This document shows, piece by piece, positions 1 through 10,263 of a stretch of 64,000 nucleotides of DNA; position 1 is the first letter of the stretch; each line of letters begins with the position of its first letter. The position numbers and the translations under genes were made by a program. The notes beneath the pieces are model-generated. The model was given only the letters and a program-made list of their open reading frames with translations. It had not been told where the DNA came from and searched no databases. The stretch covers positions 248,001 through 312,000 of IMG/VR virus record IMGVR_UViG_3300024252_000004. One strand, given 5' to 3'.

Positions 1-2
1 AT

Positions 3-479
3 TACGTTAGGACACTTCCTAATCTGATCAATCCAGAACATGCATTGGTGACATCATTCCTGCATGACTTGGTGGAAGATTACGATGTGCCAGCGGATAC
101 AGTTCGTAATCAGTTTGGTGAAGTAGTTTGCACCGCAGTTCTTCTTATGTCTAAGAAGTACATGGGGCACACGAAACCGACTGAAGAATACTATCTTGCA
201 ATGAGAGACAATTCGGTTGCCTCCATTTGTAAGGGAGCGGATAGGATTCACAATTTCCAGACGATGCCCTCTGTATTCTCATGCGAGAAGCAGCTAAGGT
301 ACATCGCGGAGTGTGAGCAACACATCCTTCCGATGCTTGCAGAAGCGAGAAATATATATCCTGTTCAGGAGTTGGCTTACGAAAACATTAAGCACGCGCT
401 GAAGGGACAGATTGAGTTGATAAAGCTTGTGATTGCAGCAAGGCAGTCACCGGCAGAGGCAGATGTCATAAAGGCATAA
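3..479 (+). CDS. HD-domain hydrolase (RelA/SpoT-HD/MESH1-like), 5'-partial
   Basis: LHDLVED motif, ICKGADRIHN; frame is open from base 3. Confidence 0.8.
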   Translation, partial: YVRTLPNLINPEHALVTSFLHDLVEDYDVPADTVRNQFGEVVCTAVLLMSKKYMGHTKPTEEYYLAMRDNSVASICKGADRIHNFQTMPSVFSCEKQLRYIAECEQHILPMLAEARNIYPVQELAYENIKHALKGQIELIKLVIAARQSPAEADVIKA

Positions 480-493
480 TAAAAGGAGAAGTC

Positions 494-1109
494 ATGAGCA
501 AGTTTAGTTTGCCAGCGGGTGTCAGAGGATACTCCGCTAATGATAGTCTCCAGCGGAGGTTGGTTCATCAGTGAACTGACTTCTTGGCTGGAAGCTTGGG
601 GTTATAGATTCATTGAGGTGCCATCACTGGTCCCGCTTGAAACATTCAAAACCTGTACTGAAGGTACAGAAAACCGAATGTTTGAGCTTGACGAAAGTAC
701 GGTGCTGATTCCAGAGGTTACGAATTATGTTCGTGCTATGGGGTCGGCTAAGCTTGGTTGTTCTAAGGTCTATTACGTTGCCAGATGTTTCAGAAATGAA
801 ACAAGCACAGGCAAGGAGAGACTAAAAGAATTTACTCAGGTTGGTGTAGAACTTCTTGGAGATAATTCTCTCGATTGCCGCAAGGTAGTCAGAAGGGATG
901 CCATAAGACTCTTCAAGAAGGTGCTGCCATCGGAAGCATGGACGTTAGAGGATGATGTTGAAAGAGGTTTGAACCTGTACGATGATACGGGGAAGACCTT
1001 TGAGGTGACATCTACTAAGTTAAAGAAACAATTGCTTGGCGGCGGACCATATGACGGTGGCGCAGGTTGGGCGTTAGGTTTGGAGAGGTTAATCCTTGCA
1101 AAAGAATAA
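494..1109 (+). CDS. Minimal histidyl-tRNA synthetase-like catalytic domain, with a +1 frameshift at about 550-572
   Basis: SD AAGGAG then ATG494 MSKFSLPAGVRGY; the +1 frame continues WGYRFIEVPSL, motif 2 CFRNE, EFTQVGVE and motif 3 GWALGLERL; no anticodon-binding domain. Confidence 0.7.
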
Positions 1110-2046
1110 TGTATTGGTGAACAAGAAGACTGGAGAAGTTCTTTATCGTAGGACAAAGGATGATAGTTCTTGCAGTCCTACGACCGCTGCTGCCATTACT
1201 CCTGTTAGTTCTGGCTCTCAGACTTTGCTGCCTCACCTTGAGTCTGACGATGGTTATTGTCCAATGTGTGACTGGGAGTTTGGTCCCTATGGGAATTGGT
1301 GTAATAATTCAAGTTGCCTTTCCTTTGGACTTTAATAGGAGTCATTATGAATCTGTCTGATATGGTTATGTCTTGGGCAAGAAGCCCGAAGTTGGTTGGC
1401 ATTTTGACGAAGCCTGTAGTCGTAACTGACGAAGGAACTTTTGAGAAAGGAACCAAGAGCGACTTGCTGGTCTTGAAGGATGATGGAACTTATCACTTCG
1501 AAGTAGGTGATTGTGCATTCTCAGTTGCTAAGGATGAGATAGAAGTTTACGAAAGGAAGAATTGAAATGAAACTTGAGCTTGCTTACAATATCGCCAACG
1601 GTGGCGATGGTTCCGCATCTATTGACTGGTATGAGAGCAGCGAACTTGCTGACTGGTACAATGACTACTCCCAAGGGAGAGGCGACGAAAGATATATGTG
1701 GGGTGAGCCGTGTAACGGCACTATCTCCATTACCTCAGACAGTCCTATGGAAGCCAATATCAGTGTCATTACTGCTGTAAATCTCTATGGTAAAATGGTC
1801 TCTGACAAATACGATCAGGACCTTGAAGCTGCGGCATATCTCCTTGAGAATTTCCTTGGTGGAGAGAAACCTGTCTTCACCGTGAAGTCTACCTCTTTTG
1901 TATATAGTAACAAGAGACGTTTCGGTATGGAAATTTTAATTGGAGATGAGAAGGTTCATGCAAAGTATGGAATAAGCAGTGAACCTACTGAGGCTGATCT
2001 GAGAAAGCTTGAGGACGAGCTTAACGCAATCGACCTCAACGAGTAA
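1096..2046 (+). CDS. Three small hypothetical ORFs (1096-1335, 1314-1565, 1567-2046)
   Basis: ORF track; tight co-directional packing. Confidence 0.55.
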
Positions 2047-2050
2047 ATAG

Positions 2051-2127
2051 AGAGGGTTGGTGTTAGCGGCCCAACATTTTCGCCTGTGACGTGAAAGACC
2101 TGGGTTCGAATCCCAGACCCTCTACCA
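2051..2127 (+). tRNA. tRNA-His(GUG), discriminator A73
   Basis: AGAGGGT/ACCCTCT acceptor, loop CT-GTG-AC, T-arm CTGGG-TTCGAAT-CCCAG, ACCA end. Confidence 0.9.
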
Positions 2128-2142
2128 TTTAAAGAGTTTGTA

Positions 2143-2397
2143 ATGTTTCTCAAAAGAGTAAGAGGACCAGTTCCTCGTGTGATATGTATTGATTGTAATG
2201 GTTACGGTTCTCATGCGGACTGTTTCGCTTTTCTAAGGAAAGGACTTGTAGTGAAGTGTTCTCGTTGTGCAGGAACCGGAGAGGTTAGCTGCTTCGCGGC
2301 GACTAACACTATGCCTCCTGCACCGTGGAGCCCTCGCTATGAGTATTATCACTACGCAAGAAACAAGCTGTTCTCACAGACTGGCGTGTTGAGGTAA
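2143..2397 (+). CDS. Small zinc-finger protein (DnaJ-like CxxCxGxG)
   Basis: CIDCNGYG and CSRCAGTG. Confidence 0.55.
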   Translation: MFLKRVRGPVPRVICIDCNGYGSHADCFAFLRKGLVVKCSRCAGTGEVSCFAATNTMPPAPWSPRYEYYHYARNKLFSQTGVLR

Positions 2398-2400
2398 AAG

Positions 2401-2910
2401 ATGATTGAAGAACTGATGAAGATTCTCGATGAGGATATCTTTAAGTATTTTGAGGACCCAGGAAGTTGGAAGACTCTTTTTATCGATTACCATAAGCCGT
2501 ATGTAGAAAGAGCTTACAGGGATCTGGATAGCGGAAGCCGTCTGTCGATTCATAGAATTCATACTTGCACAGAAGAAGAGGCTTTGCTTCATCCACACCC
2601 TTGGCCCGCTGCGTTTATTGTTCTTGGCAGTTATGCAATGTCAATGGGGCAAAGTGAGACTCTCGAAAAGCCAGAGATTCTGTCAAGATTTTGGCTACAG
2701 AATTCTGCATACGAGATTCTTGACAAAAACACATGGCACAAGGTCTCTCCCATTAACGATTCCTGTATGACGATCATGTTGTCAGGGAAACCGTGGGACA
2801 GAGAAATGCCAATCAAACCTACGAAGTCTTTCCGTGAGTTGACGGACACAGAGCTGGAAGCTCTTTTGCGTCATGCACGCTATGGATTGACAAACCCAAA
2901 AGGATACTGA
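2401..2910 (+). CDS. Cupin-fold hypothetical protein
   Basis: HPHPW metal motif and a distal WHKV. Confidence 0.5.
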   Translation: MIEELMKILDEDIFKYFEDPGSWKTLFIDYHKPYVERAYRDLDSGSRLSIHRIHTCTEEEALLHPHPWPAAFIVLGSYAMSMGQSETLEKPEILSRFWLQNSAYEILDKNTWHKVSPINDSCMTIMLSGKPWDREMPIKPTKSFRELTDTELEALLRHARYGLTNPKGY

Positions 2911-2911
2911 A

Positions 2912-3214
2912 ATGATTAGAACTATGATTGTACTACACGATATGGATCACCCGAAGGCCGATAGACTTAGGGTCTACGCTCTGAGAGCTACGCTTAGGGA
3001 GTCTCCGATTCAGGTCTGTGCTAACCTCACCAATGTATACGAAGCTGGCGACATTGTTGCTGTGGCTCAGATTGGTCATGATTTCGGTGATGACTTCGTC
3101 ATTGGAGAGAGAAAGGTCCGTGGTGTTCTGTCTCAGGGCATGATGCTTGGAAAGGTTGAAGGCGCTGTTGGTACTGATGTTACGGCTGACTTCGTGGACT
3201 TCGATCCTTCATGA
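2912..3214 (+). CDS. Stand-alone tRNA-binding OB-fold protein (PheT-N/Trbp111/CsaA-like)
   Basis: HPKADRL and RKVRGVLSQGMML motifs. Confidence 0.8.
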   Translation: MIRTMIVLHDMDHPKADRLRVYALRATLRESPIQVCANLTNVYEAGDIVAVAQIGHDFGDDFVIGERKVRGVLSQGMMLGKVEGAVGTDVTADFVDFDPS

Positions 3215-3422
3215 GAAATGAATACTCTGGTCATCAACAGGCTGCTATCTGGCGCAAAGCCATTGAATATATCAGAGATAACTGTGATGACCAGAGAGAG
3301 ATCATCGATACCATTGTAGCTGCGGCTCAAGATAAGATCGATAATGGTGTTCCAGTCAAATGCAGGCACTGTTCCGATACAGGTTACGAAGACGTTCGCG
3401 GTATGTGTCCCTGTAGGAATAA

Positions 3423-4226
3423 GTGCCAAGCAAGGTAGACGAAATGCTCTATACAAGTGGAAGCCCGCGCTCGGAAGAGATTGCGGCATACATCAGAGAT
3501 AATATCGGTGATAACCGAGAGTTCCTTGAGTCAGAAGAACTCGCCATCATTATTGGCGGTGATGGTTTCTTTTTCAAAATGATTAAGGAGCTTCCTGACG
3601 ATACCAAGTTTCTACCTTTGAATGGTGGTTCGCTTGGTTACACCCTGAATGATACAGATGATCTCGAAGAGACTTTGAGGCTCATTGTTACTCAGGAATG
3701 GAAGCTGTACTCTTTCCCGAGGATGACCTGCATCTTCAGGTCGAGGGATAGGGAAATCTATCTTGATGCAGGAGCTAATGATGTATTCATTGAGCGGGCA
3801 ACAGGTCAAACAGCTAAGCTAAACTTTCGCATTGACAATGTTGACATGCTTGAGAATCCTGTATCGTGCGATGGTATGATCATCTCAACAGCACTTGGCT
3901 CAACAGCTTATAGTCTGTCGGCTGGCGGGCCGATTGTTCATCCAGCAATGAAGTCATTTGGGATCACGTTCAGCAACCCTCATTACCCGAGACTCACTCC
4001 GATGATTGTTCCTGGTGATGTAGAGATTGTGGTTACAGTTTCAGAGCAGGAGAAAAGACCTGTCAAGATTTACTGTGATGGGCGAGAAGTTGATTGGAGT
4101 GGCAAGACCGGCAGAGTCATAATCGAGGAAATCGTTCTCAGGTATGATAGCCATCCGGTATCTGTTTTCTATCTGAATGGATATTGTAGGACGAAGCAGC
4201 TTGCGAGCAAGTTTATCAGACGGTAA
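3423..4226 (+). CDS. nadK: NAD(+) kinase
   Basis: GGDG, ND, DGMIISTALGSTAYSLSAGGP motifs. Confidence 0.92.
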   Translation: MPSKVDEMLYTSGSPRSEEIAAYIRDNIGDNREFLESEELAIIIGGDGFFFKMIKELPDDTKFLPLNGGSLGYTLNDTDDLEETLRLIVTQEWKLYSFPRMTCIFRSRDREIYLDAGANDVFIERATGQTAKLNFRIDNVDMLENPVSCDGMIISTALGSTAYSLSAGGPIVHPAMKSFGITFSNPHYPRLTPMIVPGDVEIVVTVSEQEKRPVKIYCDGREVDWSGKTGRVIIEEIVLRYDSHPVSVFYLNGYCRTKQLASKFIRR

Positions 4227-4238
4227 TATATCCGTAAT

Positions 4239-4332
4239 GGAGAGTCAATCCGAAAGCTGGCGACGGAACCGGATTTGAAACCCGGCGAGACTTTATAGGT
4301 CCTTAAGAGTTCGACCCTCTTACTCTCCGCCA
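4239..4332 (+). tRNA. tRNA-Ser(UGA)
   Basis: GGAGAGT/ACTCTCC acceptor, G73-CCA, long variable arm, loop TT-TGA-AA. Confidence 0.9.
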
Positions 4333-4376
4333 TTAAAAAGAAAGCATATTTTTAATCACCTTGTGTAAAGTAGGAT

Positions 4377-4754
4377 GTGGTAGTGTCATTTGAATACGGA
4401 ACATACATTCTATCGAAAACAGATACCCTAATAGTCCTGTTCAGAACTATGGTGGAAAGCGAAGGTATGCTGCTCGCTCCCGAGATTGAGTTATGGGATT
4501 GGGAAGTCGAGAATACGATAGAGGGATATGCTCAGTTGTCTGAAGGAGTTATCCTGGCGAAAGGTGCGGAGCGTAGAGTGAGTGTCAAGGGGGCAGGCTC
4601 TAATCTTGGAACTGCTTTGAGCATTCTAATTAACACTTGGAATTTGCTTATTGAAATAGAAAGTGCAAGTTATTCTGAGCTTTCAGAAGAAGATAAGCGA
4701 GAAATTTCCCCTATTGATATTGATTTTGATCTTTATCTTAAGGAATTGGTATAG
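4377..4754 (+). CDS. Hypothetical protein
   Basis: ORF track. Confidence 0.55.
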   Translation: MVVSFEYGTYILSKTDTLIVLFRTMVESEGMLLAPEIELWDWEVENTIEGYAQLSEGVILAKGAERRVSVKGAGSNLGTALSILINTWNLLIEIESASYSELSEEDKREISPIDIDFDLYLKELV

Positions 4755-4826
4755 GGGCAGACACGATTTGGTTGCATCGTCAAATTTTCTACTACTAACT
4801 ATCCCTATATGTAGGGAAGGTGAGGT

Positions 4827-5456
4827 ATGTGGAGAGACGAAGATTTACTTGATGCAGTTAAGAGTTCCAAAAGTTATAGCTCGGTACTTAAAAGTCTTAA
4901 CATAAAATATTCTGGTCACAGGATGAGGCTTCTCAAAAAAGATATAGAAAGATTACAAATCGATGTCACTCACTTCACGAGACATAGAGTATCTGATCAA
5001 CAATTAGCTGACGCAGTTAAGATAAGCGATTCTTATGCTGATGTAATACGAAATGTCGGAACTTCAATACGTGGTTCAAATATTGATCACTATAAATCTA
5101 GAATCTTAAAACTCAACTTAGACATTTCCCATTTCTATAGCAAAAAAAGAGAGCCTTGGAATAAAGGTAAGCTTGTTGAGTATTCTAGAAAGAAAAAAGA
5201 AGACATTTTAATTAGAAGGGCTGACGGGTACAGAACTAAAGCGTACCTTTTGAGTAGGTCCATGATAGAATCTGGCTTAAAAGAAGAGTGTTTGAAATGT
5301 GGGCTTGGGAAGATATGGAACGAAAGGGAATTAGTTTTGCAAGTTGATCATATAGACGGAGATCGTTTTAATAATTTGATCGAAAACTTGAGATTCTTAT
5401 GTCCTAATTGTCATACTCAAACAAAAACGTATGGTTCAAAAAATCGGAAGGTCTGA
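4827..5456 (+). mobile_element. HNH homing endonuclease
   Basis: CLKCG...LQVDHIDGDRFNNLIENLRFLCPNCH; repeated N-terminal helical units; AT-richer than flanks. Confidence 0.9.
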
Positions 5457-5535
5457 CCTCACTGGTGCGGGGTGGTTGTCTGGAACACAATTGGTGGTAA
5501 CACATCTGTCGGTTCGAATCCGATGCCTTCCTCCG
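5446..5535 (+). tRNA. tRNA-Ser(GGA), overlapping the HNH stop codon; ends TCCG
   Basis: GGAAGGT/GCCTTCC acceptor, loop CT-GGA-AC, long variable arm, GTCGG-TTCGAAT-CCGAT. Confidence 0.75.
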
Positions 5536-5898
5536 TTATTTATTCGCATTTTAGCTTGACGCTATCTCTATATGTAGAGCTATGGGATTTTTCATCAGTT
5601 CTAAAATATGGAGAGTCAAATGATGCTAGAACAATTAGAAAATTTAAGAACCGAACTAATAAAGAATTATAACCAAGAAACAGATCTTGTAAAGAAGCAA
5701 TTAATCCTGTTAGAATATGGGAAAGTTGAAGCTGATTTGGAAAAGTTTCACAAAGAAAATAAGGATACAAAATGTTTTACTTGATGCTATGGTTTGTTAT
5801 GATGTGTTTCGGATTTGATCCGATAACCGCTGGATTATTCTGTGTTGTAGCATATTTCGTCTTTGACGAAGATGGTAATATTTAGCCTCTGAACAGAG

Positions 5899-6402
5899 GT
5901 GGATATGAAAACTATAGAGCTTCTGACGGATAGGATAAATGAATTATTCTCAGAAGGAAAGTATGTCGAAGACTTTGAAGTAACAGTTTTCGGCATGAAA
6001 AAGATTAAGTTCGACCGTGTGAATCAGGAACTCTTTGGTGATCCAACGTTGATCATTAAAGAGTTTGAGGAAAGATTCGCAGGTAAAGCTACAACCGAAT
6101 TGGTAGATCATTTGATCAAAGCTGGCATGTCAACACTCATTAACTATGAGGGGTTACTCCAGCAGGAAATGAGGTCAGTAACTCCATCGGCATCAGAGAT
6201 AGTCTGTGCTCATATGAATGGAGAGATTAATCTTGACGCGCTAAACAAAAAGCGTCAAAGAGTCTCCGAGAAATGGTTCGCAGTTGTCATGGCGCAGCGT
6301 GAACTTGGAGAACTATTACAAGACATAAAGGCATCGGGACCAAAACTTCCAACAAGTGAGAAGAGATTGTCCAAATTTTGGTTCGGTCCTTTGCCAAAGT
6401 AA
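5899..6402 (+). CDS. Hypothetical protein
   Basis: ORF track. Confidence 0.6.
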   Translation: MDMKTIELLTDRINELFSEGKYVEDFEVTVFGMKKIKFDRVNQELFGDPTLIIKEFEERFAGKATTELVDHLIKAGMSTLINYEGLLQQEMRSVTPSASEIVCAHMNGEINLDALNKKRQRVSEKWFAVVMAQRELGELLQDIKASGPKLPTSEKRLSKFWFGPLPK

Positions 6403-6412
6403 AGGAGTTGAA

Positions 6413-6892
6413 TTGCCTGACACATCGACAGAAGAGACCTATGAGATAATTGAATCTGTTATTGGCTTTGTCCTCATTGAGGGACTAATCCTATGCTTTA
6501 AACGTTCTGATAATGATAAAGCGTTTCCTGGTAAATGGGGATTCCCTGGAGGCAAAGTGAACAAAGGCGAGCAGCCTGCGTCTGTTTTGTTCGAAGAGGT
6601 AAGAAGAAAGACAGGGCTCAGCAAAACGGACAGCGTCTCTTTTGTTGGAAAATATAAGGCGATTCACGATGCTCGAAAGAAAATCTATAAGATTTCCGCA
6701 TTCCAGTTGGAGTATCAGTTCCCAGTAAATCTTAAGCTATCCAGCGAATACAGCGAGTTAAAGCTCTGCACTCCGGAAGAGATTGTAGAGTTAGAATTAG
6801 CAGGTAAGGTGCCTGAAGGACTACTGAAACAATACATGAAAAGGGTCGGCCTTCTCGAAGAAGATGACTACGAAGATAATGGGGAAGAGTAA
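6413..6892 (+). CDS. Nudix-fold protein with degenerate catalytic box
   Basis: GKWGFPGGKVNKGE...EEVRRKTGL; SD AAGGAG then TTG6413. Confidence 0.75.
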   Translation: MPDTSTEETYEIIESVIGFVLIEGLILCFKRSDNDKAFPGKWGFPGGKVNKGEQPASVLFEEVRRKTGLSKTDSVSFVGKYKAIHDARKKIYKISAFQLEYQFPVNLKLSSEYSELKLCTPEEIVELELAGKVPEGLLKQYMKRVGLLEEDDYEDNGEE

Positions 6893-7337
6893 GATGCGAA
6901 AAGTGTATGTAGTTGTTCAAGAAGGATGGGATTATAATGATGAGTATTATTACCGCTCAGAGAGTAGTGGTGGTCAGCCTAAGCGTGCATTTGAGAGAGA
7001 GAATGATGCAGAGTCTCATTGCCGTGCTTTGAACATCAGAGAAGTTAAGGTTATTCTCAGTTCAGGCCCTGAAGAAATTTACTGCCATCTTGGAGAAGGG
7101 GAAACGATTACGTCCAGACTTACTGAGAGAAAGTATGGGACTAAGATTTCTCCGGAAGATTCCGCCAGACTTCTCACTTACTTTGATGTCATTTGTGATT
7201 CTTATTTCTCAAATGATCCGGTCGGAATCTCTACTTCTGCACAGAACGAAGTTCCTGACGAAGATTGGTTGCTGCTTGGAAAGTATCTGAATCTTAATTC
7301 ATACATGATGTACCCCATCCCATTCGGTATAGGTTAA
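6864..7337 (+). CDS. Hypothetical protein
   Basis: ORF track. Confidence 0.6.
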   Translation: MTTKIMGKSKMRKVYVVVQEGWDYNDEYYYRSESSGGQPKRAFERENDAESHCRALNIREVKVILSSGPEEIYCHLGEGETITSRLTERKYGTKISPEDSARLLTYFDVICDSYFSNDPVGISTSAQNEVPDEDWLLLGKYLNLNSYMMYPIPFGIG

Positions 7338-7388
7338 ATAAAGGATTATGTGATAATCTTTAAACTTACCGGTACAATGAAGTGACAT

Positions 7389-7464
7389 AGGACTGTAGCT
7401 CAGTTGGGAGAGCGCCTGCTTGACGTGCAGAAGGTCATCGGTTCAATCCCGGTCAGTCCTACCG
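7389..7464 (+). tRNA. tRNA-Val(GAC)
   Basis: AGGACTG/CAGTCCT acceptor, loop TT-GAC-GT, ends ACCG. Confidence 0.88.
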
Positions 7465-7745
7465 AGAGTTTTGAATGAAGAGAAACTGGTATCACAAATG
7501 TGTGCGAAAAAAATATAAGCCGTATCCATGGATACTTTGCTCTCTGTGCCAAAAAAGAAAACTTGATGTGCTTTTAACTAAAGAAGAAGCCGACGAGCTT
7601 AACAGAAAGCTCAAACTGGAGAAGTAATGTTTTACCTTAGTAATCGAAATATGAACGTGGCCTAACGAAAGCGATTAGGTCACATACGCCTAAACTTGCA
7701 GCTACATTTTTTTTGATTAACAGTTTATACAATAAGGTAATTACA

Positions 7746-9140
7746 ATGGAACCAGTATATGACGACGGGTCCAGCATATGGTATGCTTACACCGTCGATG
7801 AACTACACGGCATTACAGAGCCACGAAAGCATGTTGTTTTTCGTGGTTGGATTAAAACAATCAGACATTCCAAGGCCGGAATGTCATTCATTCACGTAAC
7901 AGATGGGAGCGCTTTGCGCCCGTATCAGATTTTCGTTAAGGAGTCTGACGTAGAGGGTTACGATGAGATTAAGAAGCTCACTTCTGGCTGCTCAATTGAA
8001 GTCTATGGCGAAGTCGTAGAATCAAAGGGTAAGGGTCAGGACTTTGAGCTTATCGCACAGAGCCTTAAGATTCATGGTTTGGTCGAAGACCCTGCCACGT
8101 ATCCTATTCAGGCCAAAGATACTTCAATGGAGTATCTCAGGTCTGTTGCTCACCTCAGACCACGCTCGCAGGTCTTCTCTTCTATTACGAGAGTAAGGAC
8201 AGAGTTGGCTCATGCCACACAGAGCTTCTTCTACGGTAAGGGTTATCAGTGGATCCACACCCCGATCATTACAGGCAGTGATTGTGAAGGTGGTGGTGAA
8301 ATGTTTAGAGTCTCTACAGATTCTAAGGAAGAGTTCTTCGGTAAGCCTGCATTCCTCACTGTGTCTGGACAGTTGAACGTCGAACCATTTGCATGTTCAA
8401 TGGGCAAGGTTTATACCTTCGGTCCTACGTTCAGAGCAGAGAACAGCCAGACCTCCAGGCACCTGTCTGAGTTCTGGATGATTGAGCCAGAGACTGCATT
8501 TTACGATCTTGACGACAACGTCAAGCTTGCGACTGAGTTTCTACAATCAATCTTCAGAAGCTGCTTGGACTATAGATATGAGGATCTTGAGTACCTTGCT
8601 GGTCAGTTTAGAGAAGGTCAAGCTTTCCTATCTACCCTGCAAAAGGTAGTCTCCGAACCTCCGGAGAGGATGACATACACTGAGGCTATCAAGATCCTTG
8701 AAGCTACAGACCATCCTTTTGAGTTCCCTGTTTCTTGGGGAATCGATCTACAGTCGGAGCATGAGAAATTCCTTTGTGAATACGTCGGCGGTAAGATTCT
8801 TGTTGTCACAGATTATCCCAAGGATATCAAGGCTTTCTATATGAAGCTTAGTGAGGACGAGAAGACTGTCGGAGCAATGGATATTCTCCTGCCAGGAATT
8901 GGCGAGATTATCGGAGGCTCACAGCGAGAGGAAAAGTTCGATGTTCTTTTGAGAAGGATTCAGGAAATGGGTCTGGAACGAGAAGAGTACGAATGGTACC
9001 TCGACCTGAGAAAGTATGGCACCGTGCCTCACTCTGGATTCGGACTCGGCTTTGAACGAGCAGTACAGTATGTCACAGGTGTTCCCAACATTAGAGACAC
9101 AATCCCTTACCCAAGGGCTGTAGGAAAGATGGAGTACTGA
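7746..9140 (+). CDS. asnS: Asparaginyl-tRNA synthetase
   Basis: OB domain, LRSVAHLRPR, FLTVSGQLNVE, GPTFRAENSQTSRHLSEFWMIEPE, GTVPHSGFGLGFER. Confidence 0.96.
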   Translation: MEPVYDDGSSIWYAYTVDELHGITEPRKHVVFRGWIKTIRHSKAGMSFIHVTDGSALRPYQIFVKESDVEGYDEIKKLTSGCSIEVYGEVVESKGKGQDFELIAQSLKIHGLVEDPATYPIQAKDTSMEYLRSVAHLRPRSQVFSSITRVRTELAHATQSFFYGKGYQWIHTPIITGSDCEGGGEMFRVSTDSKEEFFGKPAFLTVSGQLNVEPFACSMGKVYTFGPTFRAENSQTSRHLSEFWMIEPETAFYDLDDNVKLATEFLQSIFRSCLDYRYEDLEYLAGQFREGQAFLSTLQKVVSEPPERMTYTEAIKILEATDHPFEFPVSWGIDLQSEHEKFLCEYVGGKILVVTDYPKDIKAFYMKLSEDEKTVGAMDILLPGIGEIIGGSQREEKFDVLLRRIQEMGLEREEYEWYLDLRKYGTVPHSGFGLGFERAVQYVTGVPNIRDTIPYPRAVGKMEY

Positions 9141-10141
9141 TGTTACATCACGAGTTAAAGATTAAGGCTGAAAAGCTGTTTGAGAAAAACTATAGAGATG
9201 GCTTTGAATTCCTGAAGTCTTTAACTCGTGATGAAGCCGCAGAGGTTTGGATACATTGTGGTGCCAGTATTGGCATAAGGCGTCAGATCAAAGCCATAAC
9301 TAAAGATGATGAGTTTAAAACCTTTATTCAAAACCTATATTTGCCTGCGTCATATCAAGGACAGGAGCAAATATGAAGACCATTCTTCAGCAGGAAGTAG
9401 ACAACGCTGTTCTCAATTTTGATAACATGACCTTTAGCCAGATCAAAGACCTTTTGATTAAGGTACAAAAAGAGTATTGCGCAATTCATTATGGCTGTGA
9501 AGACGAATCGGAGTATGAGAGTTATGAGGAAGATGATTGGCTAAGTGATAGAAGAGAGCAAATGCTCTCCGAACTATACGATATAGCTAAAGAGTTTGAA
9601 AACAAAGCGGAGCGTGAGTCGAACCATGACAGGAAGGCTTACCTTTTAGATAATCATATGGGACTTCTTGAACTTTACAAAGATATGAGATATGGCGATT
9701 ATAAAGCTGGAAAAGAAAAGCTTAAAAGCCCCATGATAAGGGCGCTAATTTCTTGTAGGCTCGAAGAAGCTATAGAAGATCTGATTAAAAAGTTGATTAA
9801 GGATGGGTGAGTCTAATGCTAATAGTATTGCTATAAGCAAAGGGTTCTCTTGGTTCTTAAGGATCATGGGGATAGCTCTCACTTCGTTTAGCGCCTGGGT
9901 AGGCGGAATGTATTTCAGCGAGCATTTACCTGAGGCTTTGATAATCCCTGTAGTTATGGGATCACTGCTCTGCGGAATTTGGTTATCGATGGATCTATTC
10001 ATTGCCTCGGCATGGAGGGAATCTTCAAAAGAAGAAGAGAAGGTTTCACATGTGGTGGGTCCTCATAAGCCACTAAGTAAAAATTGGAAGTCTTCTGTGA
10101 GGAAAATTCCCCATGGGAAAAAAAGAAAAGAAACGAATTAG
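9140..10141 (+). CDS. Three hypothetical ORFs (9140-9376, 9373-9810, 9803-10141; the last has two TM helices)
   Basis: ORF track; overlapping stop/start junctions. Confidence 0.6.
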
Positions 10142-10247
10142 GGCCAAGTTTAGGTCCGATGTATTTAGGAGAGATTGTTATGATTGTCTTATATGTGGTG
10201 CGTCTTACAGAGACGTTGCAAAAAATGGGGATGACATAATCTATTAA
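10113..10247 (+). pseudogene. N-terminal half of an HNH-family gene, truncated
   Basis: MGKKEKKRIRAKFRSDVFRRDCYDCLICG then an early stop just before the next HNH gene. Confidence 0.5.
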
Positions 10248-10263
10248 TTAGCGCGCATCATAT

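Noticed and set aside
7655-7685. T-box or riboswitch in the asnS leader
   Set aside because: Only one hairpin (GTGGCCTAA/TTAGGTCAC); no T-box sequence, specifier loop or terminator.
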